Of a stretch of DNA of 64,000 bases, positions 27,170 to 39,212 are shown piece by piece (position 1 is the stretch's first letter; each line of letters opens with the position of its first letter). The stretch comes from a bacterium (GTDB lineage: Bacteria > Elusimicrobiota > Elusimicrobia > Elusimicrobiales > UBA9959), in assembly GCA_021786295.1 (NCBI GenBank), contig JAJYNO010000025.1:3206-67205 (forward strand), written 5' to 3'. The notes under the pieces were generated by a model. The model did no database searches. It saw only the letters and a list, made by a program, of their open reading frames with translations, and had not been told where the DNA came from. The translations under genes and the position numbers were made by a program.

Positions 27170-27792
27170 CGCCCGGGCTGCGGTTCCCCCGGGGCAGGAC
27201 CGTGATAGGCCTGACAGGGCCCATCGCTTCCGGCAAGAGCCTGGCGCTGCGGCTATTTATAAAGGAAGGCGCGCTGGGGATCTCGGCCGACGCGATCTCG
27301 GCCGGGCTGTTGACAGAGCCGGAAATTTATAATAGAATATGCAGGAAGTTCAGCCCCGATAAAATCCTTACAGACGGTTTACTGGACAGAAAAAAGCTGG
27401 CGGCCGAGGTTTTCGGCTCGCCGGCGAAACGAAAATGGCTTGAAAGCCTGCTGCACCCCGAAATCCTTGAAAGAATCCGCCACCTGATAACCAGATCCCA
27501 TATAAAGATAGCCGTCGTGGAGGTTCCCCTGCTTTTCGAAGCGGGGCTGGCGGAGTGCTTCACGTACACGGTCTGCCTGGCCGCTCCGGCCGGGACGCTG
27601 GAGAGAAGGGCGCTCAAGAGGGGCTGGAGCCGCGGGCAGTACCGGGAGAGGGTCAAGGCCCAGCTGCCGGCCGAAGAAAAGTACGCCAGGGCGGACGTGG
27701 TCCTGGACAACTCCGGGACGCCGCGGGCGCTGCGGGAGAAGATTCGGTTCATAAGCCGTTTCCTGAAGGAGACGGCCAAAGAGGAAAAATGA
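27166..27792 (+). CDS. coaE: Dephospho-CoA kinase
   Basis: [39 protein letters not shown] start overlaps the rhomboid stop. Confidence 0.92.
   Translation: MTPGLRFPRGRTVIGLTGPIASGKSLALRLFIKEGALGISADAISAGLLTEPEIYNRICRKFSPDKILTDGLLDRKKLAAEVFGSPAKRKWLESLLHPEILERIRHLITRSHIKIAVVEVPLLFEAGLAECFTYTVCLAAPAGTLERRALKRGWSRGQYRERVKAQLPAEEKYARADVVLDNSGTPRALREKIRFISRFLKETAKEEK
27310..27338 (+). promoter_or_regulatory. Internal sigma70-type promoter inside coaE, probably driving rho
   Basis: TTGACA-17 nt-TAGAAT within an AT-rich patch of coaE. Confidence 0.7.
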
Positions 27793-29231
27793 TGCAACAG
27801 CAGCAGGATGAGAAAAGATTTCAGCGCGGCCATAACGGCCACAGCAACGGCCACGGGAACGGCGGGCCCAACGGCGGGCCGCGCGTCAACGGGAACCAGC
27901 AGGACCTGAGGGGGGGCATGAAACCTGATAACAGCAACAAGCCGCAGCAGAACGTCAATCCGAACCTGCCCAAGATGGACGTGGCCGGCATGACCAAGAT
28001 GACCGTCGCGGAGCTCGTCAAGATCGCCGAGCAGTTCAACATGGAGGGCGTGGCCTCCCTGCGCAAGCAGGAACTGATAGGCAAGATCATGGAGGCCCAG
28101 GCCAAGGCCAACGGCGTGGCCCAGGGCGAGGGCGTGCTCGAGGTGCTGCCGGACGGCTTCGGCTTCCTGCGCTCGCAGGAGTACAACTACCTCTCCAGCC
28201 ACGAGGACATCTACGTGTCCCCGTCGCAGATCAAGAAGCTGGGCCTGCGCAAGGGCGACTATGTCAACGGCATGATACGCCCGCCGAAGGACGGGGAGCG
28301 CTTCTTCGCGCTGCTGCAGGTGAAGACCGTCAACGGCGTGGAGATCGAGAACATCGTGCACCGCCCGCTGTTCGACAACCTGACCCCGCTGCACCCGAAC
28401 AAGCGGTTCCTGCTGGAGACCGCCAAGAACGAGATGACCGGCCGCGTGATAGACCTGATAGTGCCGGTCGGCAAGGGGCAGCGCCAGCTGATAGTCGCCG
28501 CGCCGAAGACCGGCAAGACGATGATCCTGCAGCGCATCGCCAACTCCCTCACCACCAACCACCCCGAGATAGAACTGATCGTGCTGCTGATCGACGAGCG
28601 CCCCGAGGAGGTCACCGACATGAAGCGCTCCGTGAAGGGCGAGGTCATCGCCTCCACCTTCGACGAACCGGCCGACCGCCACGTGCAGGTGGCCGAGATC
28701 GTGCTGGAGAAGGCCAAGCGCATGACCGAAATGGGCAAGGACGTCGTGGTGCTGCTCGACTCGATCACGCGGCTGGCGCGCGCCTACAACACCGTGGCCC
28801 CGTCCTCCGGCCGCGTGCTCTCGGGCGGCCTCGAGTCCACCTCGCTGCAGCGCCCGAAACGCTTCTTCGGCGCCGCCCGCAATATCGAGGAGGGCGGGTC
28901 GCTGACGATCATCGCGACCGCGCTCGTGGAGACCGGCAGCCGCATGGACGACGTCATCTTCGAGGAGTTCAAGGGCACCGGCAACTCCGAGATCTACCTT
29001 GAGCGCAAGCTGGCCGACCGCCGCGTGTTCCCGGCCATCGACATCAACCGCACCTCCACCCGCAAGGAGGAGCTGCTGATGAGCGAGGACGAGCTGAACA
29101 AGGTCTGGATCCTGCGCAAGGTGCTGGCCCCGCTGTCCCCGATAGACTCGATGGAGCTGCTGCTCTCGAAGCTGAACTCCACCAAGTCCAACAAGGACTT
29201 CCTGAAGTCGATGGAGATGGGCGGCCGCTGA
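27789..29231 (+). CDS. rho: Transcription termination factor Rho with Q/N/G-rich N-terminal extension
   Basis: [53 protein letters not shown]. Confidence 0.97.
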   Translation: MMQQQQDEKRFQRGHNGHSNGHGNGGPNGGPRVNGNQQDLRGGMKPDNSNKPQQNVNPNLPKMDVAGMTKMTVAELVKIAEQFNMEGVASLRKQELIGKIMEAQAKANGVAQGEGVLEVLPDGFGFLRSQEYNYLSSHEDIYVSPSQIKKLGLRKGDYVNGMIRPPKDGERFFALLQVKTVNGVEIENIVHRPLFDNLTPLHPNKRFLLETAKNEMTGRVIDLIVPVGKGQRQLIVAAPKTGKTMILQRIANSLTTNHPEIELIVLLIDERPEEVTDMKRSVKGEVIASTFDEPADRHVQVAEIVLEKAKRMTEMGKDVVVLLDSITRLARAYNTVAPSSGRVLSGGLESTSLQRPKRFFGAARNIEEGGSLTIIATALVETGSRMDDVIFEEFKGTGNSEIYLERKLADRRVFPAIDINRTSTRKEELLMSEDELNKVWILRKVLAPLSPIDSMELLLSKLNSTKSNKDFLKSMEMGGR

Positions 29232-30160
29232 TGCGAGGACGCTGGAAGATCGCCGCGGGGGTCTGCGCGCTGCTGACGATAGCGGCGCTTTCCTCCGCGG
29301 TGGCTCCCGGCGTTTCCCCGGACTATTACGCCAGGTTCTCGGTCCTGACCCCGCCAGGCCCCTCCGAGCCGCCGCCGGAGGTCTTCCGGCTCGTCCCGCG
29401 CCTCATAAACGCCAGGCACAGGGTGACAGGCGGTGACAATGTGCGCGACCTGGCCGAGGCCTACGGCACCGACGTGCGCTCGCTGCAGAGCACGAACGGC
29501 AACGACTTCATCTTCATGCGGCGCGGAGGGTATATCCGCGTGCATAACGGCAAGGGCATGCTCTATGAGGTCTCCGTCGACGGCGAGACGCTGAACGGCA
29601 TAGCGCGCCGCTATCTCCCCAGGGGCATGTCCCTCCGGGAGTTCCGGGAGGACATAGTCCGCGAGAACCGCCTGCCGCCTTCCTCGCTGCTTTCCAACTA
29701 CGCGTTCAAAAAAGGGGACAGGGTGGGGCTTCCGGGCGTCTACCTGGACCTGGATACCTACCGTCTGCCGCTGCATATCTACGGCAGGCTGCATATAAGT
29801 TCCGGTTTCGGGATGCGCTATCACCCCATACTCCACCGGCGCATTTTTCACGACGGCTGCGACATCCCGATGCCCTACGGCACGCCGGTCTATCCGACGC
29901 GCTCCGGCAAGGTCATCTACGCCGGCTGGAAGGGGGGCTACGGCAACACGGTGGAGGTGCTGCACAGCGGCGGGGCGATATCCCGCTACGGCCACCTTTC
30001 GAAGATCGTCGTGAAGGTGGGGGAGACGGTCCAGAAATCCAGGACCATGCTGGGCAGGGTAGGCTCGACCGGGCTGTCCACCGGGCCCCACCTGCATTTC
30101 GAGATAATCACCCCTTCCGGGCGCCCGGTCAACCCGCTGGCCGAACTGGGCAAAAGGTGA
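29231..30160 (+). CDS. M23 metallopeptidase with LysM-like domains
   Basis: SSGFGMRYHPI, HDGCD, GGYGN, YGHL, STGPHLHFE. Confidence 0.9.
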   Translation: MRGRWKIAAGVCALLTIAALSSAVAPGVSPDYYARFSVLTPPGPSEPPPEVFRLVPRLINARHRVTGGDNVRDLAEAYGTDVRSLQSTNGNDFIFMRRGGYIRVHNGKGMLYEVSVDGETLNGIARRYLPRGMSLREFREDIVRENRLPPSSLLSNYAFKKGDRVGLPGVYLDLDTYRLPLHIYGRLHISSGFGMRYHPILHRRIFHDGCDIPMPYGTPVYPTRSGKVIYAGWKGGYGNTVEVLHSGGAISRYGHLSKIVVKVGETVQKSRTMLGRVGSTGLSTGPHLHFEIITPSGRPVNPLAELGKR

Positions 30161-30220
30161 TGCCGTCCTCCAGCGCTATATGCTATAATTTATATCCGGC
30201 ACGCTTTTGAGGAAAATATC

Positions 30221-30571
30221 ATGAAAAACGACATACATCCCGGTTACAATCTCTGCGAGGTCACCTGCGTCTGCGGGAACACCTTCAAGACCCGCTCGGT
30301 GAAGCCCTCGATAAAGGTCGAGATCTGCTCCGCCTGCCACCCGTTCTATACCGGCAAACAGAAACTGCTGGACACGGCCGGCCGCGTCGAGCGCTTCCAG
30401 AAGAAGTTCGCGGCCACCGACGGCAAGATGGTGGAGCGCAAGGCCAAGAAGGTGGCCGTAAAGTCCGTCACGCCCCGCCATACCGCCAAACGCAAGGTGC
30501 TGTCCTCCGCTCCCGTCAAGAAGGCGGACGAGAAGGCGCCGAAGGCCGCGCCGAAAGCCGAGTCCAAGTAG
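30221..30571 (+). CDS. rpmE: 50S ribosomal protein L31 (Zn-binding type) with Lys/Ala-rich C-terminal tail
   Basis: [27 protein letters not shown]. Confidence 0.96.
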   Translation: MKNDIHPGYNLCEVTCVCGNTFKTRSVKPSIKVEICSACHPFYTGKQKLLDTAGRVERFQKKFAATDGKMVERKAKKVAVKSVTPRHTAKRKVLSSAPVKKADEKAPKAAPKAESK

Positions 30572-30583
30572 TTCCGCTCCCTG

Positions 30584-30622
30584 AACGGGCGTTCCATTTT
30601 TCATATGGAACGCCCGTTTTTT
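30584..30622 (+). terminator. Intrinsic terminator between rpmE and prfA
   Basis: 14-bp perfect stem aacgggcgttccat/atggaacgcccgtt plus a T-run. Confidence 0.85.
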
Positions 30623-30638
30623 ATGGTCCCCTTCTTCT

Positions 30639-31686
<1,048 letters not shown>

Positions 31687-31712
<26 letters not shown>

Positions 31713-32529
31713 GGCCGCTGCCCGCCTGGCCGCCGCCGGGGTGGAGGAGCCGGGGCTGAACGCCCAGTGGCTGCTCGCCGACGCGCTCGGAATGCCGCGC
31801 CTGCGTCTGCTGGCCGAGCCGGACACCCAGGTGCTTCCGGCAGCGCGCAGGAAATTCGAGAAAGGGCTGCTGCTCAAGGAGCAGGGGCTGCCGCTGGCCT
31901 ACATACTGGGCTGGCAGGATTTTAGGGGCCTCAGGATAAAGGTGGACGGGCGCGTGCTGGTGCCGCGCCCGGAGACCGAGGAACTCGCCGGGCTGGCCGC
32001 GGACTTCCTGCGCGGCCGGAAAGGCCCGCTCTCCGCTTTGGATTACGGCTCCGGCTCCGGGGCTATAGGGCTGTGGCTCGCCTCGGAGCTCCCCGCGCTG
32101 AAGGTGACGGGGGTGGAAAAGTCCGCGCGGGCCGTGAAGTGCGCTTGCGAGAACGCGCTGGACCTCGGCCTGGCGGAACGGGTGCGGTTCGTGAAGGGGG
32201 CCTCTTTGTCCGCCAGATCGGAACCTTTCGACGCCATAGTATCCAACCCGCCCTATATCCCCACGCGCGTGATCCCCGGACTGGCGCCCGAGGTGCTCAG
32301 CGAGCCGCGCGTGGCGCTGGACGGCGGCGGCGACGGGCTGGACGTGGCGCGCATGCTGGTGCGCCTGGCCCCGTCGCGCCTGAGGAAGGGCGGGGCGTTG
32401 CTGCTGGAGCTGGGGGAGGACCAGGCCGGGGGGCTGCTGGCGGCCATGCCGGCGGCGCTCTGGAGGGACAAGAGGACTCATAAGGACCTGCGCGGCGTGG
32501 AGCGCTTCGTTTTCGCGAGGAAAAAATAG
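31687..32529 (+). CDS. prmC: Release factor glutamine methyltransferase
   Basis: [35 protein letters not shown]. Confidence 0.95.
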
Positions 32530-32531
32530 AT

Positions 32532-33788
32532 ATGGACAACTTCATCATCCGCGGGGGCAGGCCGCTCTCCGGCCAGACCGCGATAAGCGGCTCCAAGAAC
32601 GCGGCGCTGCCGATACTCTTCGCCACGCTGCTGACGAAGGAGAAATCAGAGGTGAGGAACGTGCCCGAGCTGATGGACATAAAGTCCACGTTCGAGCTGC
32701 TCAACTATTTAGGCAAGAACTGCTTCTACGGCTACGGCAGCTTCGTCGCGGAAGAGCACGGCGCGCTCAAGCACCACGCGCCGTACGACCTGGTGCGCAA
32801 GATGCGCGCCTCGGTGCTGGCCGCGGGCCCGCTGCTCGCCCGCTTCAGGGCCGTCCGCTTCTCGATGCCGGGCGGCTGCTCCATAGGCATGCGGCCTATA
32901 GACATCCACCTCGAGGGCTTCAAGAAACTCGGCGCGCAGGTGACCTACGAGAAGGGCGACGTCATCCTGACGGCCAAGAAGCTCAGGGCCGGCCGCGTGA
33001 GGTTCCGCTTCCCGAGCGTGGGCGCCACAGAGAACCTGATGATGTGCGCGGCGCTGATAGAGGGGACTACGGTCCTGGAGAACTGCGCCCGCGAGCCGGA
33101 GATAGAGGACCTCGCCGCGGCGCTGAACAAGATGGGGGCCAGGGTGGAGGGCGCCGGAAAGAGCACTGTCAAAGTGACCGGCGCCGCGAAACTGAAAGGC
33201 CTGAAGCACTCCGTGATGCCGGACCGCATAGAGACCGGCACGTTCATGCTGCTGTGCGCGGCCGCCGGCGGGCGCGTGCGCCTTCTGAACACCGCGCCGA
33301 AGACCCTTGCCGCCGTCATCAATGCGATGCGCAAGGCCGGAGCCAGGGTGAACTGTTACAGGGATTCGCTCGAGGTGGTCGCCCCGGCCGGCCGGCCCAG
33401 GCCTGTCAGCGTGGCCACGAAGCCCCACCCGGGCTTCCCCACCGACCTGCAGGCGCCGTGGATGGTCTTCATGGCCAGGGCCAGCGGCACGAGCGAGGTG
33501 CATGAGCACATCTTCGAGAACCGCTTCATGCACGCGCCGGAGCTGGTGCGCATGGGCGCCGACATAACCGTGCACGGCCAGAAGGCCGTAGTGAAGGGCG
33601 TGCCGCAGCTGCTGGGCGCGCCGGTCATGTGCTCGGACATCCGCGCCGGCGCCGCGATGGTGGTGGCCGCCGCGGCCGCCAAAGGCAAGAGCGTGATACG
33701 CCGCGTCTACCACATAGACCGCGGCTACGAGAGGCTGGTGCAGAAGCTCAAGGACCTGGGAGTGGACGCGTCCCGGGTGAAGGCTTAA
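32532..33788 (+). CDS. murA: UDP-N-acetylglucosamine 1-carboxyvinyltransferase
   Basis: GSKNAALP, MRAS, PGGCSIGMRP, SVGATEN, DRIE, GFPTDLQ, DRGYE. Confidence 0.97.
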   Translation: MDNFIIRGGRPLSGQTAISGSKNAALPILFATLLTKEKSEVRNVPELMDIKSTFELLNYLGKNCFYGYGSFVAEEHGALKHHAPYDLVRKMRASVLAAGPLLARFRAVRFSMPGGCSIGMRPIDIHLEGFKKLGAQVTYEKGDVILTAKKLRAGRVRFRFPSVGATENLMMCAALIEGTTVLENCAREPEIEDLAAALNKMGARVEGAGKSTVKVTGAAKLKGLKHSVMPDRIETGTFMLLCAAAGGRVRLLNTAPKTLAAVINAMRKAGARVNCYRDSLEVVAPAGRPRPVSVATKPHPGFPTDLQAPWMVFMARASGTSEVHEHIFENRFMHAPELVRMGADITVHGQKAVVKGVPQLLGAPVMCSDIRAGAAMVVAAAAAKGKSVIRRVYHIDRGYERLVQKLKDLGVDASRVKA

Positions 33789-33823
33789 GGAACAGGAGGG
33801 GCCGCCGCAGGGCCTTCCCGAGC

Positions 33824-35116
33824 ATGACCTTCGAAGAAGCTCAAGAACTGCTGATCTCGCGCCAGGACTACGTCAAGAAGGACGGGTTCGGCCGGGTCTA
33901 CGCCTGCCTGGGGAGGCTGGGCAACCCTCAGAACCGCCTTAAGGCGGTGCACGTTACCGGGACCAACGGCAAAGGCTCGGTCTGCGCGCTGTTCGAGGCG
34001 GCCGCGCGCGCGGCCGGCCTGAAGACCGGGCTCTTCGTCTCGCCGCACCTGGTCAGCATGACGGAGCGCATACAGGTGGCCGGGCGGAACATACCAGAAA
34101 CGGAATTCGCTGGCCTGCTGGAGGAGGTGTTCGCCGCCGGGCCGGACCTCAGTTTCTTCGAGCTGCTGACCTGCATGGCCTTCCTGCATTTCGCGCGCTG
34201 CGGCGTGCAGCTGGCCGTAGTGGAGGTGGGCATAGGCGGCCGCTATGACACCACCAACGTGCTGCCTAAGCCCGAGCTGAGCGTGATAACCTCGGTGGAT
34301 TACGACCATATGCGCTATCTGGGCACCACGCTGCCCGAGATCGCCTCCCAGAAGGCCGGCATCATCAAGCAGGGCGGCGTCTGCCTGGCCCCTTTGCTGC
34401 CGCCGGAAGCCAGGGTAGAGATCTCGAAGGAGGCGGCGGCGAAAGGCGCGCAGTGCCATTTCTTCGCCCCTGCCTTCGAGATCGCCGGGCGGAACTGGAC
34501 CGAGAACCGCCTCATGCTGCGCCACAGGAAGACCGGCGCGCTGCTGCCCTACGGCATACTGGGGGAGAAACAGGTCTCCAACGCCACGCTGGTCTGGGAG
34601 GGGATAGAGATGCTGCGGAACCTGGGCTGGCCCGTGACGCAGGCGCACGCCGCCGCTGGCTTCGCCTCGGTGCGCTGGCCGGCCAGGTTCCAGGTGCTGA
34701 GAGCGCCGCCGGCCTTCCCGGGCGCCGTCTTCGTGGTGGACGGGGCCCATAACCGCGAGGCGGCTGCCGCTTTCGCGGCCACCTGGAAGAGCTCCCCTTT
34801 CGCTGTCGGGGACCCAGTTCTGGTCGTCGGGATGATGCAGGACAAGGACAGGGCGGAAATACTCCGTCTGCTGGCGCCCCTGGCCGGCCGTTTCGTCCTT
34901 ACCCGTCCCGGATCGCCGCGCGCGGCCGACCCGTGCGCGCTGGCCGACGAGCTCTCCGCGCTGAGGCCGGAAGCGGAGACTGAAGTGCAGGACGATATAC
35001 TGGCGGCTCTCGCCGCCGCCGCTTCGCGGGGCGGCCCCGCGGCGGTCGTGGGTTCTTTCTACCTGGCGGGCTCCGCGCTGGAACTGCTGGCCCGGGAACG
35101 GGAGGTCAAATGCTAG
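33824..35116 (+). CDS. folC: Folylpolyglutamate synthase/dihydrofolate synthase
   Basis: HVTGTNGKGS, SPHL, EVGIGGRYDTTN, DH, KAGIIK, DGAHN, GSFYL. Confidence 0.94.
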   Translation: MTFEEAQELLISRQDYVKKDGFGRVYACLGRLGNPQNRLKAVHVTGTNGKGSVCALFEAAARAAGLKTGLFVSPHLVSMTERIQVAGRNIPETEFAGLLEEVFAAGPDLSFFELLTCMAFLHFARCGVQLAVVEVGIGGRYDTTNVLPKPELSVITSVDYDHMRYLGTTLPEIASQKAGIIKQGGVCLAPLLPPEARVEISKEAAAKGAQCHFFAPAFEIAGRNWTENRLMLRHRKTGALLPYGILGEKQVSNATLVWEGIEMLRNLGWPVTQAHAAAGFASVRWPARFQVLRAPPAFPGAVFVVDGAHNREAAAAFAATWKSSPFAVGDPVLVVGMMQDKDRAEILRLLAPLAGRFVLTRPGSPRAADPCALADELSALRPEAETEVQDDILAALAAAASRGGPAAVVGSFYLAGSALELLAREREVKC

Positions 35117-36054
35117 GAATAGGCATAGACATCGGCGGCACTAACACCAAGCTGGTGGTGATGAACAGGTCCGGCAAGCTGCTGGCCCAGGACAGGTTCA
35201 AGACGGAGGCCGACAAGGGGCCGCGCCATTTCCTCAGGCGCCTCGGGGCCGCCGTCGAGGGGCTGAGGCGCGACTATGGCCGCCAGCTGGTCTCCATAGG
35301 CATGGGCGCCGCCGGCGACGTGGACCCTGAGCGCGGGGTGCTGCGCTTCGCTCCCAATCTCAAATGGCGCGACGTCGGCCTTACGCGTCCTCTCGAAAAG
35401 CTGACCAGGCTGCCCTGCTTCATGGAGAACGACGCGAACATGGCGGCGTGGGGCGCCTACGAACTGGAGCTAAAGCGCAGGTACGAAAACGTGCTCGCCC
35501 TGACGCTCGGCACGGGCATAGGCTCCGGCATGATACTGGCCGGCAAGCTCTACCACGGCGCGACCGGCTCCGCCGGCGAAGCCGGGCACGTTAAGGTGGA
35601 ACCCGGCGGCAGACCTTGCGGCTGCGGCGGCCGCGGCTGCCTGGAAGCCTACTGCGGCAGCCGCGCCATCCTGGCGCGGGCCAGGGAACTGATAAAGGAC
35701 GAGAGCGCTTTCGTCAGGAAGTACGCGGCCTCGGACAGGGAGCGCTTCAACACCATCTGTCTGACCAACGCGGCCGCCGCCGGCCACGCGGCCGCCAGGC
35801 GCGTCTGGGAGGAGACGGGCCGCCGCCTGGGGGAAGGCCTGGCCGGACTGATACTGGTCCTGAACCCGGACTGCGTAGTGCTGACCGGCGGCGTTTCGAG
35901 GGCCAGGAAGTGGTTCCTGCCGGCCATGATGAAGGTCCTCGGGAAGCAGCAGATAAAGACCCCATTCGAGAAAGTGAAGATCCGCATCTCCGACGACGCG
36001 GACCTGGGCTCCCACGGGGCCGCGCTCTTCGGGCTGGAAAAGGCCCTCAAGTGA
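35110..36054 (+). CDS. ROK family sugar kinase (glucokinase-like)
   Basis: GIDIGGT, ENDAN, LGTGIG, GEAGH, CGCGGRGCLE. Confidence 0.92.
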   Translation: MLGIGIDIGGTNTKLVVMNRSGKLLAQDRFKTEADKGPRHFLRRLGAAVEGLRRDYGRQLVSIGMGAAGDVDPERGVLRFAPNLKWRDVGLTRPLEKLTRLPCFMENDANMAAWGAYELELKRRYENVLALTLGTGIGSGMILAGKLYHGATGSAGEAGHVKVEPGGRPCGCGGRGCLEAYCGSRAILARARELIKDESAFVRKYAASDRERFNTICLTNAAAAGHAAARRVWEETGRRLGEGLAGLILVLNPDCVVLTGGVSRARKWFLPAMMKVLGKQQIKTPFEKVKIRISDDADLGSHGAALFGLEKALK

Positions 36055-36103
36055 CGGCATGGGCGGGAAATAAGGAGAGAGATCTGCGCAGGAGAACGAC
36101 ATA

Positions 36104-38188
36104 GTGCCGCGCAAGTGGATACTGGCCGCGCTGCTGCTGGCGCCGGCGGCGCCCGCCGCCGCCTACGAGCTGCCGTCCTCCACCGGCACGCACCACGTCA
36201 GCTTCGACGCTGACGAGGCCGGCTTCAACGAGTATACGCGGGTCATAAACCTGAAGGGCGACGTAAAACTCCAGGAGTTCTCCCCTGAAGGCAAGGAGCT
36301 GAAACTGATCAGGGCCAGGGAACTGGCCGTGAACATGGCCAGCCGGACGGTCACCGCCCCCGGCGATTTCGTGATGGACGACGACTCCGGCACGGTCTAC
36401 GGCAAGAGCGGCTTTTATGACTACGGCAGCGACAGCGGCTTTGTCAGGGACGGCAGCTTCCAGTACCAGGGCTTCATCTTCAAGGGGCGCTCCGTCAGTT
36501 TCGGGCCTGACGGTTATGTCTACAAGAAGGCCAGCCTCACCAGCTGCGACAGGGAGCCGCCGCACTATCACCTGAGCTCCTCGCGCATCTACCTGGCCCC
36601 GGGCCGGTACTTCCTCGCCTACAACAACGTCTTCTACCTCGGCAGGATCCCCATCCTGTACCTGCCGGTGGTCTACAAGCCGATGGGCCGCATAACGCCG
36701 TTCGTCACCATCCTGCGCCCCGGCTACGATCAGCGCAACGGCGCGTTCATCAAGTCCACCTTCCTGTACCGGGCTGGCCCTCTGACCCGCGCCAAGCTCT
36801 TTCTGGACTATTTCTCCAGACGCGGGCTGGGCACCGGGGGCGAGCTGGACTACAGAAAACCGGAGAAGGACATAACGGACATCTCCCTTTACCGTATCAG
36901 GGAGTACGGGATGAGCAAGGACCGCTGGGGGGCCAATGGCGGCTACTGGCACCTGTTCAATCGTTTCAACGAATCCGACCCCGCGCAGTACTACAGCCAG
37001 GGCTATTTCCGGCTGCTCTCCGATCCCAAGGTAAACAACGACTTCTTCAGGAGCAATCCGTTCGCGGTCAGCCCCGACGAGCAGGCCAGCGTGGCCGTGA
37101 CCCGCAAGACCAACTACACCATCACCCATCTGAGCGCCTCCGGCACCGAGACCAAGAACGCCGACTCCACGGCCTTCCAGAAGGGGGCCAGCGCTATCCC
37201 CAGACTGGACTTCAATACCGTTCCGTTCAAGGTCCTGAAGCTGCCGGTCCTGAACACCTTCTCCGCCTACGCCGAGGACGCGCGCGACTCCACGACCACC
37301 TACACGCAGCAGCGCGGAGACATGAATTGGACGATGACGCAGTCCGTGAGGCTGGGCCGCAGGTTTTCGCTTACCCCGTCCGCCTTCTACGACCAGTCCG
37401 TCGCGGTCTCTACGGATTCCGCGGAACGGGTGGACTGGGTGGGCCGCTACGGCGGCGGGGCCACGCTGCGCTACGACAGGTTGTGGGGTTCCCTGGACCT
37501 GGGCTACGCCTATAAACGCCGTCTCCTGGCCAACAGGCTGCAGGACGATTCCGGGGCCCCGGACAAAGGGCAGGAGGCGAGTTCGCTGCTCTCCCAGCTC
37601 TTCGTCATCCCGGCCCCCAACAGCTACTGGAAGGTGTCCACCTCCTACGACGTGAGGACCTTCTACACCGCCGGCTTCAACAGACGCCTGCAGCCCATAA
37701 CCGCCGAGCTCTACTATTCGCCGCGCCCTAACCTGGACATCTTCGCGACTGAGACCTACAGCGTCTATTCCGGGACCAGGAGCTTCGTGGCGCAGGCCAA
37801 CTACGGGAACAGCGTGAATTACGTGGGCGGGGGCATAGCCAACTACAGCACGGACGGCAGATCCTGGGTCATCAGCCATACGTTCGGTTTCCGGCCGCGC
37901 GCCTCCTCCAGCTGGCGGCTGGAAGGCGTGCTCCGCTACCGGCTGCTGCTGGACGGAGGGCTGAACTTCGGCGGCATCAGTTTCTTCGAGAAGGCGGTGA
38001 CGCTGTACAAGGATTTCCACGACTTCCATACGAAGCTCGATTTCAGGGAGCGTTCCGGAGGGGTGAAGGAGATCTTCTTCTACGTGAACCTCAAGATGAA
38101 CGCTCCGGTGCCGCAGGATAACCTGGAGGAGAAGTCGAGGGAGTACTGGCATCCCTGGCGAAAGGAAGGAGAGGAGCGGGACCTGTGA
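36104..38188 (+). CDS. lptD: LPS-assembly protein LptD-like outer-membrane protein
   Basis: Signal peptide, OstA-like beta-jellyroll, TSCDREPPHY, IPILYLP, long aromatic-rich barrel. Confidence 0.78.
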   Translation: MPRKWILAALLLAPAAPAAAYELPSSTGTHHVSFDADEAGFNEYTRVINLKGDVKLQEFSPEGKELKLIRARELAVNMASRTVTAPGDFVMDDDSGTVYGKSGFYDYGSDSGFVRDGSFQYQGFIFKGRSVSFGPDGYVYKKASLTSCDREPPHYHLSSSRIYLAPGRYFLAYNNVFYLGRIPILYLPVVYKPMGRITPFVTILRPGYDQRNGAFIKSTFLYRAGPLTRAKLFLDYFSRRGLGTGGELDYRKPEKDITDISLYRIREYGMSKDRWGANGGYWHLFNRFNESDPAQYYSQGYFRLLSDPKVNNDFFRSNPFAVSPDEQASVAVTRKTNYTITHLSASGTETKNADSTAFQKGASAIPRLDFNTVPFKVLKLPVLNTFSAYAEDARDSTTTYTQQRGDMNWTMTQSVRLGRRFSLTPSAFYDQSVAVSTDSAERVDWVGRYGGGATLRYDRLWGSLDLGYAYKRRLLANRLQDDSGAPDKGQEASSLLSQLFVIPAPNSYWKVSTSYDVRTFYTAGFNRRLQPITAELYYSPRPNLDIFATETYSVYSGTRSFVAQANYGNSVNYVGGGIANYSTDGRSWVISHTFGFRPRASSSWRLEGVLRYRLLLDGGLNFGGISFFEKAVTLYKDFHDFHTKLDFRERSGGVKEIFFYVNLKMNAPVPQDNLEEKSREYWHPWRKEGEERDL

Positions 38189-38255
38189 GCGGGGCCGGGG
38201 TTTAAGGCCAGGCCACATTAATGATAGACTAGGGTCATACTTTAACGAGGTGCTG

Positions 38256-39212
38256 ATGATGAAAAGACCGCTTTGGCTTGTAACCGGAGGGGCCGGGTTC
38301 ATAGGCTCCAATATCGTGGAGGAACTGCTGAAGCGCGGCGAGCGCGTCCGCGTGTTCGATAATTTCTCCGCCGGCAGGGAGGAGAACCTCGCCCCGTTCA
38401 CGGGGCGCTTCGAGCTGGTGCGCGGCGACCTGCGCGAACCGAAGGACTGCGCGAAGGCCATGAAGGGCGTTACCTACGTTCTGCACCAGGCGGCCTTCCG
38501 CTCGGTGCCCAAGTCCGTGGACAACCCGCGCGCGGCCAACGACAACAACGCCACCGGCACGCTTAACGCGCTGATGGCGGCCAGGGACGCCGGCGTCAAG
38601 CGCTTCGTCTACGCGGCCACCAGCTCCGCCTACGGCGAGTGCCGCGTCTTTCCGCAGACCGAGGACCTGCCCACCGCGCCCATCTCCCCGTACGCGGTCA
38701 GCAAGCTCGCCGGCGAGAACTACTGCCGCGTCTACGCCAAGACCTACGGTCTCGAGACCGTGGCGCTGCGCTATTTCAACGTGTTCGGCCCTCGCCAGAA
38801 CCCGGAGTCGGTCTACTCCGCGGTCATCCCCAAGTTCATGGAGCTGGCGCTGGCCGGCAGGCCGCTGGAGATCCATTGGGACGGCAGGCAGTCCCGGGAT
38901 TTCACCTACGTGGCCAACGTGGTGGACGGCAATATCCGCGCCGCGCTGGCGCCTTCCTCGGTGTCGGGGCAGGTGATCAACCTGGCCACCGGCACTAATA
39001 TCTCGCTGCTGGACATAGCCCGCGGCCTGGAGCGCATACTCGGGCGGAAGCTGGAGAAGAAATTCCTGCCCAAGCGAAGAGGGGACATCCGCAAGACCTA
39101 CGCCGACATCTCGCGCGCCCGGAAGCTGCTCAGGTTCAAGCCGCTGGTGATGTTCCCGGAAGGCCTGGACCTGACGTGGGATTATTTCACGGCCAAATGG
39201 GGGAAGAAATGA
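38256..39212 (+). CDS. NAD-dependent nucleotide-sugar epimerase/dehydratase (WbpP/GalE-like SDR)
   Basis: TGGAGFIGS, HQAA, YAVSK, RYFNVFGPRQ, RDFTYV. Confidence 0.92.
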   Translation: MMKRPLWLVTGGAGFIGSNIVEELLKRGERVRVFDNFSAGREENLAPFTGRFELVRGDLREPKDCAKAMKGVTYVLHQAAFRSVPKSVDNPRAANDNNATGTLNALMAARDAGVKRFVYAATSSAYGECRVFPQTEDLPTAPISPYAVSKLAGENYCRVYAKTYGLETVALRYFNVFGPRQNPESVYSAVIPKFMELALAGRPLEIHWDGRQSRDFTYVANVVDGNIRAALAPSSVSGQVINLATGTNISLLDIARGLERILGRKLEKKFLPKRRGDIRKTYADISRARKLLRFKPLVMFPEGLDLTWDYFTAKWGKK

